The notes: a model not told the origin generated them from the sequence alone. A stretch of DNA of 36,526 nt from Clostridia bacterium (GCA_012800195.1 JAAZJU010000018.1:1-36526), one strand, 5' to 3'. Numbered from the stretch's first letter, positions 17,750 to 27,622 are shown. Numbers and translations are program-made.

Positions 17750-19108
17750 ATGAATGGTGCGATAATCTTGGCTGCCGGTCAAGGAACCCGCATGAAATCT
17801 AAACTTCCTAAAGTTTTGCATAAAATAGCTGGAGAGGCCATGCTTAACCATGTTTTAAATGCATTAGATGAAGCCCAAATAGAACAAAAAATTATAGTAC
17901 TAGGCCATCAAGCTGAGAGAATAGAAGAAGACCTACCAAAAGGGATAGAAATAGCTTACCAAAGGGAACAACTAGGGACAGGGCATGCAGTAATGCAAGC
18001 TAGAGAAATAATTGCTGAAAAAGTGGAAAATGTTTTGGTAGTTTGTGGAGATACTCCTTTATTAAAAGGGGCAACTCTAGCTGGTTTACTCAACAATCAT
18101 GTTAGGGAAAAATGGGCAGTGACTGTTTTGACAGGAATTGTTGAGGATGCTACTGGTTATGGTAGAATTATTCGTGACCGTGAAGGGGTCAAGGCTATCG
18201 TAGAAGAAAAGGATGCCACTTTAGAGGAAAAACAAATCAAAGAAATTAATACAGGAGCATACTGTTTCAATAAAGATTTCTTAGTAAAAGCTTTAAGTAA
18301 ACTGACCACCGATAATTCCCAAGGGGAGTATTATTTGACGGATTTAATCAAAATTGCAGTTTCTGAGGGAAAAGCTGTAGGGGCTTATGTCTTAGAAGAT
18401 TTTAATGAAGCCCTGGGAATAAATAATCGTCTCCAATTAGCCCAGGCAGATAGGGAATTCCGAAAGAGAATTCTAGAGAATTTGATGTTAGAGGGAGTAA
18501 CAATCCTTAGTCCAGAAACTACTTATATAGATGCTCAAGTGACAATTGGGCAAGATACTATTATCCACCCTTTTACCTACCTAGAAGGTAAAACCATAAT
18601 TGGTCAAGACTGTATTCTAGGACCTCATACCAGAATTATTGATAGTAAAATTGGTAATAAAGTACAGGTAGAAAATTCGGTAATAAAAGAAAGTACAGTA
18701 GATGATGACACCAATATTGGTCCCTTTGCCTATCTAAGACCGGGCTCAGTCTTAGGTAAAAAAGTTAAAATTGGTGATTTCGTAGAGATTAAGAAATCAG
18801 TTATTGGAGATGGCAGTAAAGTTCCTCATTTATCTTATGTAGGTGATGCCCAAGTAGGTAAGGGTGTAAATATTGGTTGTGGTACCATTACCTGCAACTA
18901 TGATGGAGAAAAGAAATATACTACAATAATTCAAGATAAAGCCTTTATTGGCAGTAATACAAACCTAGTAGCTCCTGTTATTGTGGAAGAAGGGGCCTAT
19001 ATCGGGGCAGGGTCCACAATAACTAAGGATGTGCCTAAGGGATCCTTAGCTATTGCTAGGGGCAAACAAATCAATATACCTAACTGGAATAAAGAGGAAA
19101 AGGATTAA
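17750..19108 (+). CDS. glmU: Bifunctional UDP-N-acetylglucosamine pyrophosphorylase / glucosamine-1-phosphate N-acetyltransferase
   Basis: N-terminus ILAAGQGTRMKSKLPKVLH and C-terminal left-handed beta-helix hexapeptide repeats. Syntenic with spoVG and prs. Confidence 0.95.
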   Translation: MNGAIILAAGQGTRMKSKLPKVLHKIAGEAMLNHVLNALDEAQIEQKIIVLGHQAERIEEDLPKGIEIAYQREQLGTGHAVMQAREIIAEKVENVLVVCGDTPLLKGATLAGLLNNHVREKWAVTVLTGIVEDATGYGRIIRDREGVKAIVEEKDATLEEKQIKEINTGAYCFNKDFLVKALSKLTTDNSQGEYYLTDLIKIAVSEGKAVGAYVLEDFNEALGINNRLQLAQADREFRKRILENLMLEGVTILSPETTYIDAQVTIGQDTIIHPFTYLEGKTIIGQDCILGPHTRIIDSKIGNKVQVENSVIKESTVDDDTNIGPFAYLRPGSVLGKKVKIGDFVEIKKSVIGDGSKVPHLSYVGDAQVGKGVNIGCGTITCNYDGEKKYTTIIQDKAFIGSNTNLVAPVIVEEGAYIGAGSTITKDVPKGSLAIARGKQINIPNWNKEEKD

Positions 19109-19248
19109 TTTAGAAACCTTCGGGTATCTTCTCTTACCCTTAGTGGGGGCAATTCACCTTATTCGGAGCTTGGCGTCACTTAGCCCCCCATTTGCGGGAG
19201 TATAAGTGTGCTAAAATATAGCAAAAATTTTTTGGGGGGAATATAAAT

Positions 19249-20196
19249 ATGGATAGAAGATTTAAAAGTTTAAAGATATTTACTGGTAACTCAAATCCTA
19301 TTTTAGCTCAAGAGATAGCTGAGTATCTGGGAATAGAGCTAGGGAAATGTAAAGTAGACCGTTTTAGTGATGGTGAAATATTTTTAACTGTGGATGAAAG
19401 CGTTCGAGGTGCCGACGTCTTTATCATCCAATCCACCTCAACTCCTGTTAATGATAATCTAATGGAGTTATTAATTATGATTGACGCCATGCGTCGGGCC
19501 TCAGCTAAGAGGATAACTGCTGTTCTACCTTATTATGGCTATGCTAGACAGGATAGAAAAGCTAGAGCTCGTGACCCTATTACTGCAAAATTAGTCGCCA
19601 ATTTAATAATCCAAGCTGGTGCCAGAAGGGTTTTAACTATGGACCTTCATGCTGGACAAATTCAGGGTTTCTTTGATATTCCTGTGGACCATTTATTAGG
19701 GGTGCCTATTTTAGCGGAATACTATTTAAATAAAAAATTAGATGATGTGGTGGTAGTTTCGCCAGATATGGGCGGTGTAACTAGGGCCCGGAATTTAGCA
19801 GAAAGAATTGGCGCTCCTCTAGCTATAATTGATAAAAGAAGACCTATGCCCAATGTTTCCGAGGTTATGAATCTTATTGGGGATGTTAAAGGTAAAAATG
19901 TGATTATGACTGATGACATTATCGATACTGCAGGGACCATTGTAAGTGGAGCCCAAGCTTTAAAGGATTTTGGGGCTAAGGATGTTTATGCTTGCTGTAC
20001 TCATGCTGTCTTATCTGGTCCAGCCTTTGAAAGAATAAAAAATTCCCCAATTACGGAATTGGTAACTACTAATACTATTTCCACCACTAATAAACCAGAG
20101 ATGGACAAGTTAAAGGTTTTATCAGTGGCTCCGATTATGGGAGAAGCTATCCTGAGGATCCATGAAGATTTATCAGTAAGTAAGCTATTTGATTAA
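19249..20196 (+). CDS. prs: Ribose-phosphate pyrophosphokinase
   Basis: Motifs [10 protein letters not shown] and [11 protein letters not shown], plus the PRPP-binding loop [13 protein letters not shown]. Confidence 0.95.
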   Translation: MDRRFKSLKIFTGNSNPILAQEIAEYLGIELGKCKVDRFSDGEIFLTVDESVRGADVFIIQSTSTPVNDNLMELLIMIDAMRRASAKRITAVLPYYGYARQDRKARARDPITAKLVANLIIQAGARRVLTMDLHAGQIQGFFDIPVDHLLGVPILAEYYLNKKLDDVVVVSPDMGGVTRARNLAERIGAPLAIIDKRRPMPNVSEVMNLIGDVKGKNVIMTDDIIDTAGTIVSGAQALKDFGAKDVYACCTHAVLSGPAFERIKNSPITELVTTNTISTTNKPEMDKLKVLSVAPIMGEAILRIHEDLSVSKLFD

Positions 20197-20241
20197 AATG
20201 CCTTGTTTTTGCTATACTAGTAAAAAAAGGAGGTATTTTTT

Positions 20242-20859
20242 GTGAAACAAATTATTTTAGAAGTATCTAAACGAGAGACCAAACTAAGTAGAGGAAAATT
20301 AAATGCCCTGCGCAAGGAAGGTCTTTTACCAGGGATTATTTATGGTAGAGAAGTTGAACCTATTCCCTTTACAGCTGACAAGAGGGATCTAATAAAAATA
20401 ATTGGTGAACATGGGGCTAACGCAATTATAACTGTTAAAGTAGATAGCGGTAAGCCTATTCAAACTATGATTAAGGAAGTGCAAAAACATCCAATTTCCG
20501 GTCTTGAGTGGCATTTGGATCTGGGGCAAATTTCCATGACTGAAGTTGTGCGTGCTTCTGTTCCTATAGTATTTGAAGGAGAACCCAAAGGAGTGGCCCA
20601 AGGGGGCTTTGTCCAATATGGCGATACCACTGTTGAGGTTGAATGCTTACCAATGGAATTACCTCAGAATATTTCCATAGATATTTCTGAAATGGAAATT
20701 GGTGATAGGATTGTGGTAGGAGACTTAAAATTAAGTGGTGACATTACTATTCTTAGCGAAGCCGAACAGGTTTTAATTAGTGTTGTTGCTCCTACTCTGG
20801 AAGAAACAGATGAAAGTGAAGCAACTGGAGAAGTTTCTGAAGCTACTACAGAAGAGTAA
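20242..20859 (+). CDS. ctc: 50S ribosomal protein L25 / general stress protein Ctc
   Basis: L25 N-domain (R...GKLNALRKEGLLPGIIYG), Ctc-type C-domain and an acidic tail. GTG start after AAAGGAGG. Located between prs and pth. Confidence 0.9.
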   Translation: MKQIILEVSKRETKLSRGKLNALRKEGLLPGIIYGREVEPIPFTADKRDLIKIIGEHGANAIITVKVDSGKPIQTMIKEVQKHPISGLEWHLDLGQISMTEVVRASVPIVFEGEPKGVAQGGFVQYGDTTVEVECLPMELPQNISIDISEMEIGDRIVVGDLKLSGDITILSEAEQVLISVVAPTLEETDESEATGEVSEATTEE

Positions 20860-20890
20860 AATATAAATTTAATTAAAAGTATAGCAACAT

Positions 20891-20945
20891 TACTCCCACT
20901 AGCTAGGGACATGTTAAAGGTGTCCCTATTCAAATAGTGGGAGTA
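20891..20945 (+). other. 55-nt two-tier hairpin in the ctc-pth spacer, with no U-tract
   Basis: Outer stem TACTCCCACTA (20891-20901) / TAGTGGGAGTA (20935-20945), 11 perfect bp. Inner stem TAGGGACA (20904-20911) / TGTCCCTA (20921-20928), 8 perfect bp. Confidence 0.7.
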
Positions 20946-20975
20946 TTAGTAATGGGCTATTTAGGGAGGTAAGAG

Positions 20976-21545
20976 ATGTTCTTAATTATTGGTTTGGGAA
21001 ATCCAGGTCAGAAATATAAAGATACTAGACATAATGTAGGTTTTAAGGTTATCGATAAAATAGCCCAAAACTTAAATATTGAGGTGGATAAAAAGGAACA
21101 TCAAGGCTTGGTGCAAAGTACTTTTTGGCATGGGGAAAAAATCCTCTTAGTTAAACCTCAAACCTATATGAACTTAAGCGGTCAAACTGTGGGAGAATTA
21201 ATCAATTATTACCATGACCAAATTGATGACCTCTTGGTTATCCATGATGACTTGGATTTACCAGTGGGACAATTAAGATTTAAGAAAGATGGAGGTACTG
21301 GGGGGCATAATGGTCTGAAATCAATAGTAGAACATCTCAATTCTCAGGATTTTAACCGTTTAAAAATTGGCATTGGTCACCCTCAGGGTTCTATGGATGT
21401 TAAAAATTATGTTCTTACCTCTTTCTCTGAGGAAGAAAGACAATCCCTAGAAGAAACCATAGATAGAGCCACTGAAGCAGTTAAAACTTGGATGTTAGAA
21501 GGTATTGATAAAGCCATGAATGAATTTAACAGAAAAAGGGGCTGA
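20976..21545 (+). CDS. pth: Peptidyl-tRNA hydrolase
   Basis: MFLIIGLGNPGQKYKDTRHNVGF and GGHNGLKS motifs. RBS GGGAGG. Confidence 0.95.
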   Translation: MFLIIGLGNPGQKYKDTRHNVGFKVIDKIAQNLNIEVDKKEHQGLVQSTFWHGEKILLVKPQTYMNLSGQTVGELINYYHDQIDDLLVIHDDLDLPVGQLRFKKDGGTGGHNGLKSIVEHLNSQDFNRLKIGIGHPQGSMDVKNYVLTSFSEEERQSLEETIDRATEAVKTWMLEGIDKAMNEFNRKRG

Positions 21546-21619
21546 ATTTCTTTTTCTCGAATAGGATAGAAGAGATGGGCCATCCTAAAGTTAAGAACAG
21601 CTAGTTATAGGAGAAGAAT

Positions 21620-22006
21620 ATGTTAGCCATAATTGCTGGAACCTTGGCGGCTTTAGGAGCCTGGGGTCTTAATTGTTTATTGGTCAAACGCTGGGGCGAT
21701 AGGGCAGTTTCAGTTTTGGTTCCAGTGGTTGAGGAAGTGTTGAAAACTCTATTGGCCTTTTCTTTTAATAGTCTTATTATCCTTAGTCATTTTACCTTTG
21801 GGATAATCGAGGCTATTTGGGATATTAAGACCTGTGAGAGGGGCTTAAAACCAGGGCTAATAGGTATTATCACCCATATTGGTTTTGGTTTGATAACTAT
21901 TTTAGTTTGGGAATTAACGGGCTTCTTAAGTCTAGCCATTCTGGCCAGTATTCTTGCCCATATAACTTGGAACAGTATCATCATCAAGAAAGCTAACAAA
22001 ATTTAA
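21620..22006 (+). CDS. Small polytopic membrane protein (128 aa) with EExxK and HxxxN motifs
   Basis: Four hydrophobic segments. VVEEVLK lies in the second and AHITWN in the last. RBS AGGAGAAG. Confidence 0.5.
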   Translation: MLAIIAGTLAALGAWGLNCLLVKRWGDRAVSVLVPVVEEVLKTLLAFSFNSLIILSHFTFGIIEAIWDIKTCERGLKPGLIGIITHIGFGLITILVWELTGFLSLAILASILAHITWNSIIIKKANKI

Positions 22007-22078
22007 AATTTAAATGTTTTTAGTGGGGGTCTTTAAGGATGTCCACTTTGTGTCATTGGAGAGATTAAGGAGGTCAGC

Positions 22079-25000
22079 ATGCAGGTACCACCAATTATAA
22101 AAACCCTCAGTAAAGCTTCTGATATTAGCTTAATTTTAAAGGCCATTAGAGAAAAACCAGAAAATCTAATTTATGGATTAACTGGCGTTCAAAAGACCAT
22201 CCTAGCGGCCCTAATCGCCGATAACCAAGAGAAGAATATGCTAATTATTTGCGATGGCTCTAAAAGGGCTAAGGAGATTTGGCAAGACCTGAATTTTTTA
22301 TTGCCTAAAGGGGAAGTTTTATATTTCCCAGCTTTAGAGATAATTCCCTATGAAGTTTTGGCTCAAAGCCCAGAAATTCAAAGGCAAAGACTACAAGTAA
22401 TGGCCAATTTAGCCCAAGGGAAAAGGACCATTGTTATTTGTTCTATAGAGGCCTTAGGTAAAAAATTAATTCCACCAGAAATTTTTAGCCAGAGTATTCG
22501 GAATCTAAAGGTAGGCAATATCCTTAATTTAGAGGAATTTATAAAATATCTTTTAGATTTTGGTTATGAAAGGGTGGAGCAGGTCGATAGCCCCGGACAG
22601 TTTAGCCTACGGGGTGGTATAGTAGATATTTTTTCTGTACTGTACGATCAACCCATAAGGATTGAACTCTTTGATGATGAAATAGATTCTCTGCGTTTTT
22701 TTGATATAGAAACCCAGAGGTCTTTAGATAAGGTTCAGGAGGTAAATCTAGTTGCAGCCAGGGAATTTTTCCTCCAAGAGGAAGCCTTAAAAAGAGGAGT
22801 AGCCAATATAGAAGAAGAGTTTCAGATTCAAAAACAAAGATTAGAGAAGAAGAATCGGGCTGCTTTAGAAAGGTTAACTAATAAATTTAATGAAATCATA
22901 GAAAGGGTTAAAAACGGCCTCTATTTTTCTGGTCTAGATCAAATGCAACCTTATTTTTATCCACAGCAGGCTTTGCTTCAAGATTTCTTCCCTGAGGATA
23001 GTGTTTTTATCTTAGATGAACCTTTAAGAATAAATGAAACGGCATTGCATCTAGAAAAGGAAAGGCAAGAAAGTTTCAAGGATTTATTGGTAGCAGGTAG
23101 TCTTTTGCCAGGGCAGAACCAATACTTTTCTGAATTATCAGAAATATCAAAGGCCATGGAAAAGGGGAAAAGAGTCTATTTATCTCTCTTGCCGAAAAAA
23201 GGTATGAGTGGTTCTGTAGAAAACATGTTTGGTTTAGAAACCAAATCCTTACCACCCTTTTTTAGTAAAATTAGGTTTCTAGCTGATGAAATTAAAGAAT
23301 GGAAAAGGAAAAAATATGCGATTGTAGTTTTAGTCACCTCTTCTAGCAAAGGAGAAAGATTAAAACAAGCCCTCTTTGACTGTGGGGTAGAAGCTGTACA
23401 GGTTGGAGAGGATTATAACCCCCAATTTGGGCAGGTTCAAATAGCTTCTGGCAATTTAAGCTCTGGGGCGGAGTTTGTTAAAGCCAAAACAGTGATAGTC
23501 ACCGAGAATGAAATCTTTCAACAGACCACTAAACGCCAACCTAGAAAGATGTTCCATGAGGATGGCCAAAGAATTTCTAGGCTAGAGGAATTACAAGTAG
23601 GATCCTATGTAGTTCATAGTAGTCATGGGATAGGTCGTTATTTAGGAGTAGAAAAGTTACAGGTCGGTGATATCGAAAAGGATTATTTAGTAATTAAATA
23701 TGCTGGGGAAGACAAGCTATATGTCCCCACTGAACAAGTGAATCTGTTGCAGAGATATATAGGCCATGAGGGAACGGTACCTAAGGTTCATAAACTGGGA
23801 GGAACAGAATGGCACAGGGTTAAAACTAAGGCCAGTTCTTCGGTTAAAAAGTTAGCAGAAGGACTTTTAGAACTATACGCTAAAAGGCAGAGTTATCCTG
23901 GCTTTGCGTTTAGTCCTGACGATAATTGGATGAGGGAGTTTGAGGATCTCTTTCCTTATACAGAAACCCCTGATCAGTTAAAAGCAATAGAAGAAGTAAA
24001 AAGGGATATGGAAAAGTCTATACCTATGGATAGGCTTATTTGTGGTGATGTGGGTTATGGTAAAACAGAGGTTGCTATTCGCGCAGCCTTTAAAGCTGTT
24101 AATGATGGTAAGCAGGTTGCTCTTTTGGTACCCACCACAGTATTAGCTCAACAGCATTTTAATACTTTTAGAGAAAGATTTAATAATTATCCCGTGACCA
24201 TTGATGTTTTAAGTCGTTTTAGGAGTAGCAAAGAACAAAAAAACATCATTGACAAGGTCAAAAGTGGTGCTATCGATATTATCATAGGTACTCATCGTCT
24301 ATTGTCAAAAGATATTGTTTTTAAAGATTTGGGGCTTTTAATAGTGGACGAGGAACAACGCTTTGGAGTCAACCATAAGGAAAAACTAAAAAGACTAAAA
24401 TCTCAAGTGGATGTCTTAACTCTCTCGGCTACTCCCATCCCCAGGACCCTTAATATGTCACTAGTAGGTATTAGGGATATGAGTGTTATTGAAACTCCTC
24501 CCGAGGACCGTTATCCTATTCAGACATATGTGGTGGAACATAGTCCTAATTTAATTAAGGATGCTATTCGTAGGGAATTAGGCAGGGGTGGCCAGGTTTT
24601 TTATGTCCATAATAGAGTTGAAGATATAGACAAAATTGCTGAAGAGGTGAGGTCTTTAGTTCCTGAAGCTAGAGTTGCTACTGCCCATGGTCAAATGAAG
24701 GAGACTTATCTAGAAAATATAATGCTACAGTTTATGGAGCAAGAAATAGATGTCTTAATCTGTACCACCATAATTGAAACAGGCTTGGATATCTCTAACG
24801 CCAATACTTTAATCATCAATGAAGCTGATAGATTAGGCCTTTCTCAGCTTTACCAATTAAGGGGACGGGTAGGGAGGACTAATCGGGTGGCTTATGCCTA
24901 TCTTACCTATAAAAAAGAGAAAACTCTCTCGGCTATAGCAGAAAAAAGACTACATGCTATTAAAGAATTTACGGAACTAGGCTCAGGCTTCAAAATTGCT

Positions 25001-25603
25001 ATGCGAGATTTGGAGATAAGGGGGGCGGGTAATTTATTAGGGCCTGAACAACATGGACAGATTTCTGCTGTAGGTTTTGATATGTATTGCAAAATGTTAG
25101 AAGAAGCCGTTCAAGAATTAAAAGGTATTGCCAAACCAGAGGAAATAACTATTGAAATAGATCTAAAGGTTAGTGCTTTTATTGATAATAAATATATTTC
25201 AGACCATGGAACTAAGTTGGATCTATATCAGCGGATACGTTTGGCTAAGAATATGGAGCAGGTTGATGATATCGAGGATGAGCTGGTGGATCGTTTTGGT
25301 GATATTCCTTTAGAAACTTATAATCTCTTGAAAATAGCTAGATTAAAGGTCCTGGCTTTGAATTCCAGAATAAACGGCATTGAACAAAAGGGACAAATGA
25401 TTACTTTAAGTTTTTATCAGGACCCAGGGCTAACGGGCTCTCAATTAATGGATTTAGCTCAGCGGTTTAGGAGAAGACTTAGTTTTTCTGCTGATAAAAA
25501 CTTAAAAATTAAAATAAATATTGCCCGGTTGGGACAAGAGGATATTTTTAAATTATTAGAAAGGATTTTAAAGGAAATATCCACCCTTGTATCCCAGAAG
25601 TAA
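22079..25603 (+). CDS. mfd: Transcription-repair coupling factor
   Basis: 1174 aa with a UvrB-homology N-region, an RNAP-interacting CarD-like domain (GSYVVHSSHGIGRYLG), superfamily-2 helicase motifs (GDVGYGKTEVA, DEEQRFG, TATPIPRT) and a TRG motif. Confidence 0.95.
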   Translation: MQVPPIIKTLSKASDISLILKAIREKPENLIYGLTGVQKTILAALIADNQEKNMLIICDGSKRAKEIWQDLNFLLPKGEVLYFPALEIIPYEVLAQSPEIQRQRLQVMANLAQGKRTIVICSIEALGKKLIPPEIFSQSIRNLKVGNILNLEEFIKYLLDFGYERVEQVDSPGQFSLRGGIVDIFSVLYDQPIRIELFDDEIDSLRFFDIETQRSLDKVQEVNLVAAREFFLQEEALKRGVANIEEEFQIQKQRLEKKNRAALERLTNKFNEIIERVKNGLYFSGLDQMQPYFYPQQALLQDFFPEDSVFILDEPLRINETALHLEKERQESFKDLLVAGSLLPGQNQYFSELSEISKAMEKGKRVYLSLLPKKGMSGSVENMFGLETKSLPPFFSKIRFLADEIKEWKRKKYAIVVLVTSSSKGERLKQALFDCGVEAVQVGEDYNPQFGQVQIASGNLSSGAEFVKAKTVIVTENEIFQQTTKRQPRKMFHEDGQRISRLEELQVGSYVVHSSHGIGRYLGVEKLQVGDIEKDYLVIKYAGEDKLYVPTEQVNLLQRYIGHEGTVPKVHKLGGTEWHRVKTKASSSVKKLAEGLLELYAKRQSYPGFAFSPDDNWMREFEDLFPYTETPDQLKAIEEVKRDMEKSIPMDRLICGDVGYGKTEVAIRAAFKAVNDGKQVALLVPTTVLAQQHFNTFRERFNNYPVTIDVLSRFRSSKEQKNIIDKVKSGAIDIIIGTHRLLSKDIVFKDLGLLIVDEEQRFGVNHKEKLKRLKSQVDVLTLSATPIPRTLNMSLVGIRDMSVIETPPEDRYPIQTYVVEHSPNLIKDAIRRELGRGGQVFYVHNRVEDIDKIAEEVRSLVPEARVATAHGQMKETYLENIMLQFMEQEIDVLICTTIIETGLDISNANTLIINEADRLGLSQLYQLRGRVGRTNRVAYAYLTYKKEKTLSAIAEKRLHAIKEFTELGSGFKIAMRDLEIRGAGNLLGPEQHGQISAVGFDMYCKMLEEAVQELKGIAKPEEITIEIDLKVSAFIDNKYISDHGTKLDLYQRIRLAKNMEQVDDIEDELVDRFGDIPLETYNLLKIARLKVLALNSRINGIEQKGQMITLSFYQDPGLTGSQLMDLAQRFRRRLSFSADKNLKIKINIARLGQEDIFKLLERILKEISTLVSQK

Positions 25604-25616
25604 ACTTTGTTATAAT
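25587..25616 (+). promoter_or_regulatory. Extended -10 sigma-A-type promoter candidate for prsA, overlapping the mfd 3' end
   Basis: TTGTAT, 18-nt spacer ending in TGT, then TATAAT (25611-25616). Confidence 0.5.
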
Positions 25617-25683
25617 GGGATAGTCGTTACTTAAGCCACTTAAGTGACTAAAACAATCTGTTGGAAACAAGGGAGGAAAATGA

Positions 25684-26700
25684 ATGGCTAGAAAAGTTTT
25701 GATTTTTACTCTAATAGCCATCTTAGCTATATCCTTAGTTGGTTGTAGTAAAGGTGACAATAGTGAAGTTGTGGCAATTGTAAATGGTGAAAATATTACT
25801 AGAGGTCAGTTAGATAAAAGAGTGGAGCAAACCGCTGCCATGAATGGTTTTGATTTAAGCAATCCCCAAATGGCCCCTTATCTTGAGATTTTTGAATTGC
25901 AAGTTTTAGATAGTTTAGTTGACGAAGTATTGCTAAAACAAGAGGCAGAAAAATTGAATATCAAGGTTACTAAGGAAGAGGTAGACCAAGAGATCGACCT
26001 TTATAAGAGTCAATTCAGCTCTGAAAAGGAATATAAGGAATACTTTAACAAATATCTTAAAATGAGTGACCAAGATATCAGAGACATCTTAGGTAATCAA
26101 GTGTTATTCAATGTCCTGTTTGATGAAATTACCAAGGATATAACTTCTCCCCAAGTTGATTTAAAAGAATACTACAATGAAAATAAAGAACAGTTTTATG
26201 AGCCAGAACAGGTAAAAGCTAGACATATTTTATTAGAGACGAAAGAGGAAGCCGAGGCTATAATTAAGCAAATAGTAGAAGAAGATAAAGACATGGCAGA
26301 ATTGGCTGTTCTAAAATCTACAGATCCCTCAGCCAAAGTCAATGAAGGTGATTTGGGATACTTTACCAGAGGAAGGATGGTAGAACCCTTTGAAGAAGCT
26401 GCCTTTGCTATGGAAATTGGTGAAGTTAGCACTGAGCCCGTAGAGACTATTCACGGATTTCATGTGATTCGGGTGGAAGATAAGAAAGAAGCTAAACAAC
26501 TCACCTTCGAAGAAATTAAAGATGAATTAGAAGAAAATTTAATCTATGAAGCCAAGAACCAAAAATTTTATGAATATATGTTTGATTTGAGGGAAGAAGC
26601 AGAAATAATAAATAAATTAGAAGAAGAATTTAATGCCAAACAGCAAGAAGAAAGTACTCAAGAAGAGGTTCCTGAAGGGGAAGAAAATCAAGAAGAATAA
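25684..26700 (+). CDS. prsA: Lipoprotein peptidyl-prolyl isomerase, PrsA/parvulin type
   Basis: Lipobox LAISLVGC|S, a SurA-like N-domain, a parvulin core (ARHILL..., GDLGYFTRGRMVEPFEEAAF, HGFHVIRV) and an acidic tail. Confidence 0.8.
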   Translation: MARKVLIFTLIAILAISLVGCSKGDNSEVVAIVNGENITRGQLDKRVEQTAAMNGFDLSNPQMAPYLEIFELQVLDSLVDEVLLKQEAEKLNIKVTKEEVDQEIDLYKSQFSSEKEYKEYFNKYLKMSDQDIRDILGNQVLFNVLFDEITKDITSPQVDLKEYYNENKEQFYEPEQVKARHILLETKEEAEAIIKQIVEEDKDMAELAVLKSTDPSAKVNEGDLGYFTRGRMVEPFEEAAFAMEIGEVSTEPVETIHGFHVIRVEDKKEAKQLTFEEIKDELEENLIYEAKNQKFYEYMFDLREEAEIINKLEEEFNAKQQEESTQEEVPEGEENQEE

Positions 26701-26722
26701 TTAAAAGCTAGGTGCAATCAAG

Positions 26723-26755
26723 GCTCCCAGAACTAAGATTTCTGGGAGCTTTTTT
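26723..26755 (+). terminator. Rho-independent terminator after prsA
   Basis: GCTCCCAGAA ctaagat TTCTGGGAGC followed by T6. Confidence 0.9.
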
Positions 26756-26756
26756 A

Positions 26757-26860
26757 TACTGTAAAAATTTATATTACTTTAGAATTTTATAAAGTGGCTA
26801 AGAAATATATTACCGAAATGCCTACTTTAAGGGAAGCGAAAGATACGGTCCTTATTGTGG
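26757..26860 (+). repeat. Copy A of a ~100-nt non-coding element, upstream of spoVT
   Basis: In an ungapped alignment at offset 5197 to copy B, 72 of 94 positions are identical (hand count over 26757-26850). Conserved blocks: TACTGTA, AATTTATAT, AACTTT, AAAGTGGCTAAG, GAAATGC, TAAGGGAA, CGAA, TTGTG. Confidence 0.8.
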
Positions 26861-27050
26861 TGGGGATATTTGAAAGCAAAAAAGAAATGCATATTTTAGA
26901 AGAAAATACAGATACTTGAACTAGAGGGCACAGTTAACTTTTCAATTTGTACCATGGGAAATAAATGAATAATTAAATAGCTGGGGCTATATACTATCAC
27001 TGAAAGAGTTCACTTGCCCATCGTACCCATAAAGGAGGGACATAAATTAA

Positions 27051-27614
27051 ATGAAGGCAACAGGAATCGTAAGGCGTATTGATGATTTAGGACGAGTAGT
27101 TATCCCGAAAGAAATCCGCAGAACCCTACGTATCCGTGAAGGAGATCCCTTAGAAATATTTGTAGATAGGGAAGGAGAAGTAATACTGAAAAAGTATTCC
27201 CCCATTGGAGAATTAGGGGAGTTTGCTCAAGAGTATGCTGATTCCTTACATGAGGCTATTGGACATATTGCCTGTATTGTCGATAGAGACCACATTATTG
27301 CAGTAGCTGGTGGTCCTAAGAGAGAGTATCTCAACAAATCCATTGGCACAGCAGTTGAAAAGGTGATGGAAGAAAGAAGAGCTATCACCATCAATGAACC
27401 AGAAAATCATCCTTATTGTAAGGGGAATGATGGCGATAATGTCGGTATAGAATGTCAATTTACTTCAGAGGTTATAGCCCCAATTGTAGCCGAAGGTGAT
27501 CCCATTGGTGCAGTAATTATCGCCACCAAGGAACCCAATGTGAAGATGACCAATCTAGAACTAAAATTAGCCGAAACTGCAGCAGCCTTCCTAGCAAAAC
27601 AAATGGAACAATAG
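27051..27614 (+). CDS. spoVT: Stage V sporulation regulator SpoVT (AbrB-type N-domain plus GAF-like C-domain)
   Basis: MKATGIVRRIDDLGRVVIPKEIRRTLRIREGDPLEIF is the canonical SpoVT/AbrB swapped-hairpin domain. Syntenic position after mfd. Confidence 0.95.
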   Translation: MKATGIVRRIDDLGRVVIPKEIRRTLRIREGDPLEIFVDREGEVILKKYSPIGELGEFAQEYADSLHEAIGHIACIVDRDHIIAVAGGPKREYLNKSIGTAVEKVMEERRAITINEPENHPYCKGNDGDNVGIECQFTSEVIAPIVAEGDPIGAVIIATKEPNVKMTNLELKLAETAAAFLAKQMEQ

Positions 27615-27622
27615 AGGTAGGT

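Noticed and set aside
22957-22965. Perfect DnaA box TTATCCACA inside mfd.
   Set aside because: It is a single isolated 9-mer within coding sequence. One chance occurrence in a 36-kb AT-rich window is unremarkable.
26794-26919. GTG-initiated ORFs inside both copies of the paralogous element (MAKKYITEMPTLRE... at 26794 and MAKEYSTEMRTIRE... at 31991).
   Set aside because: There is no RBS before either GTG. Only 2 of about 12 codon differences are synonymous. The similarity starts about 37 nt upstream of the GTG, and the copy-B ORF would run into the spoIID start.
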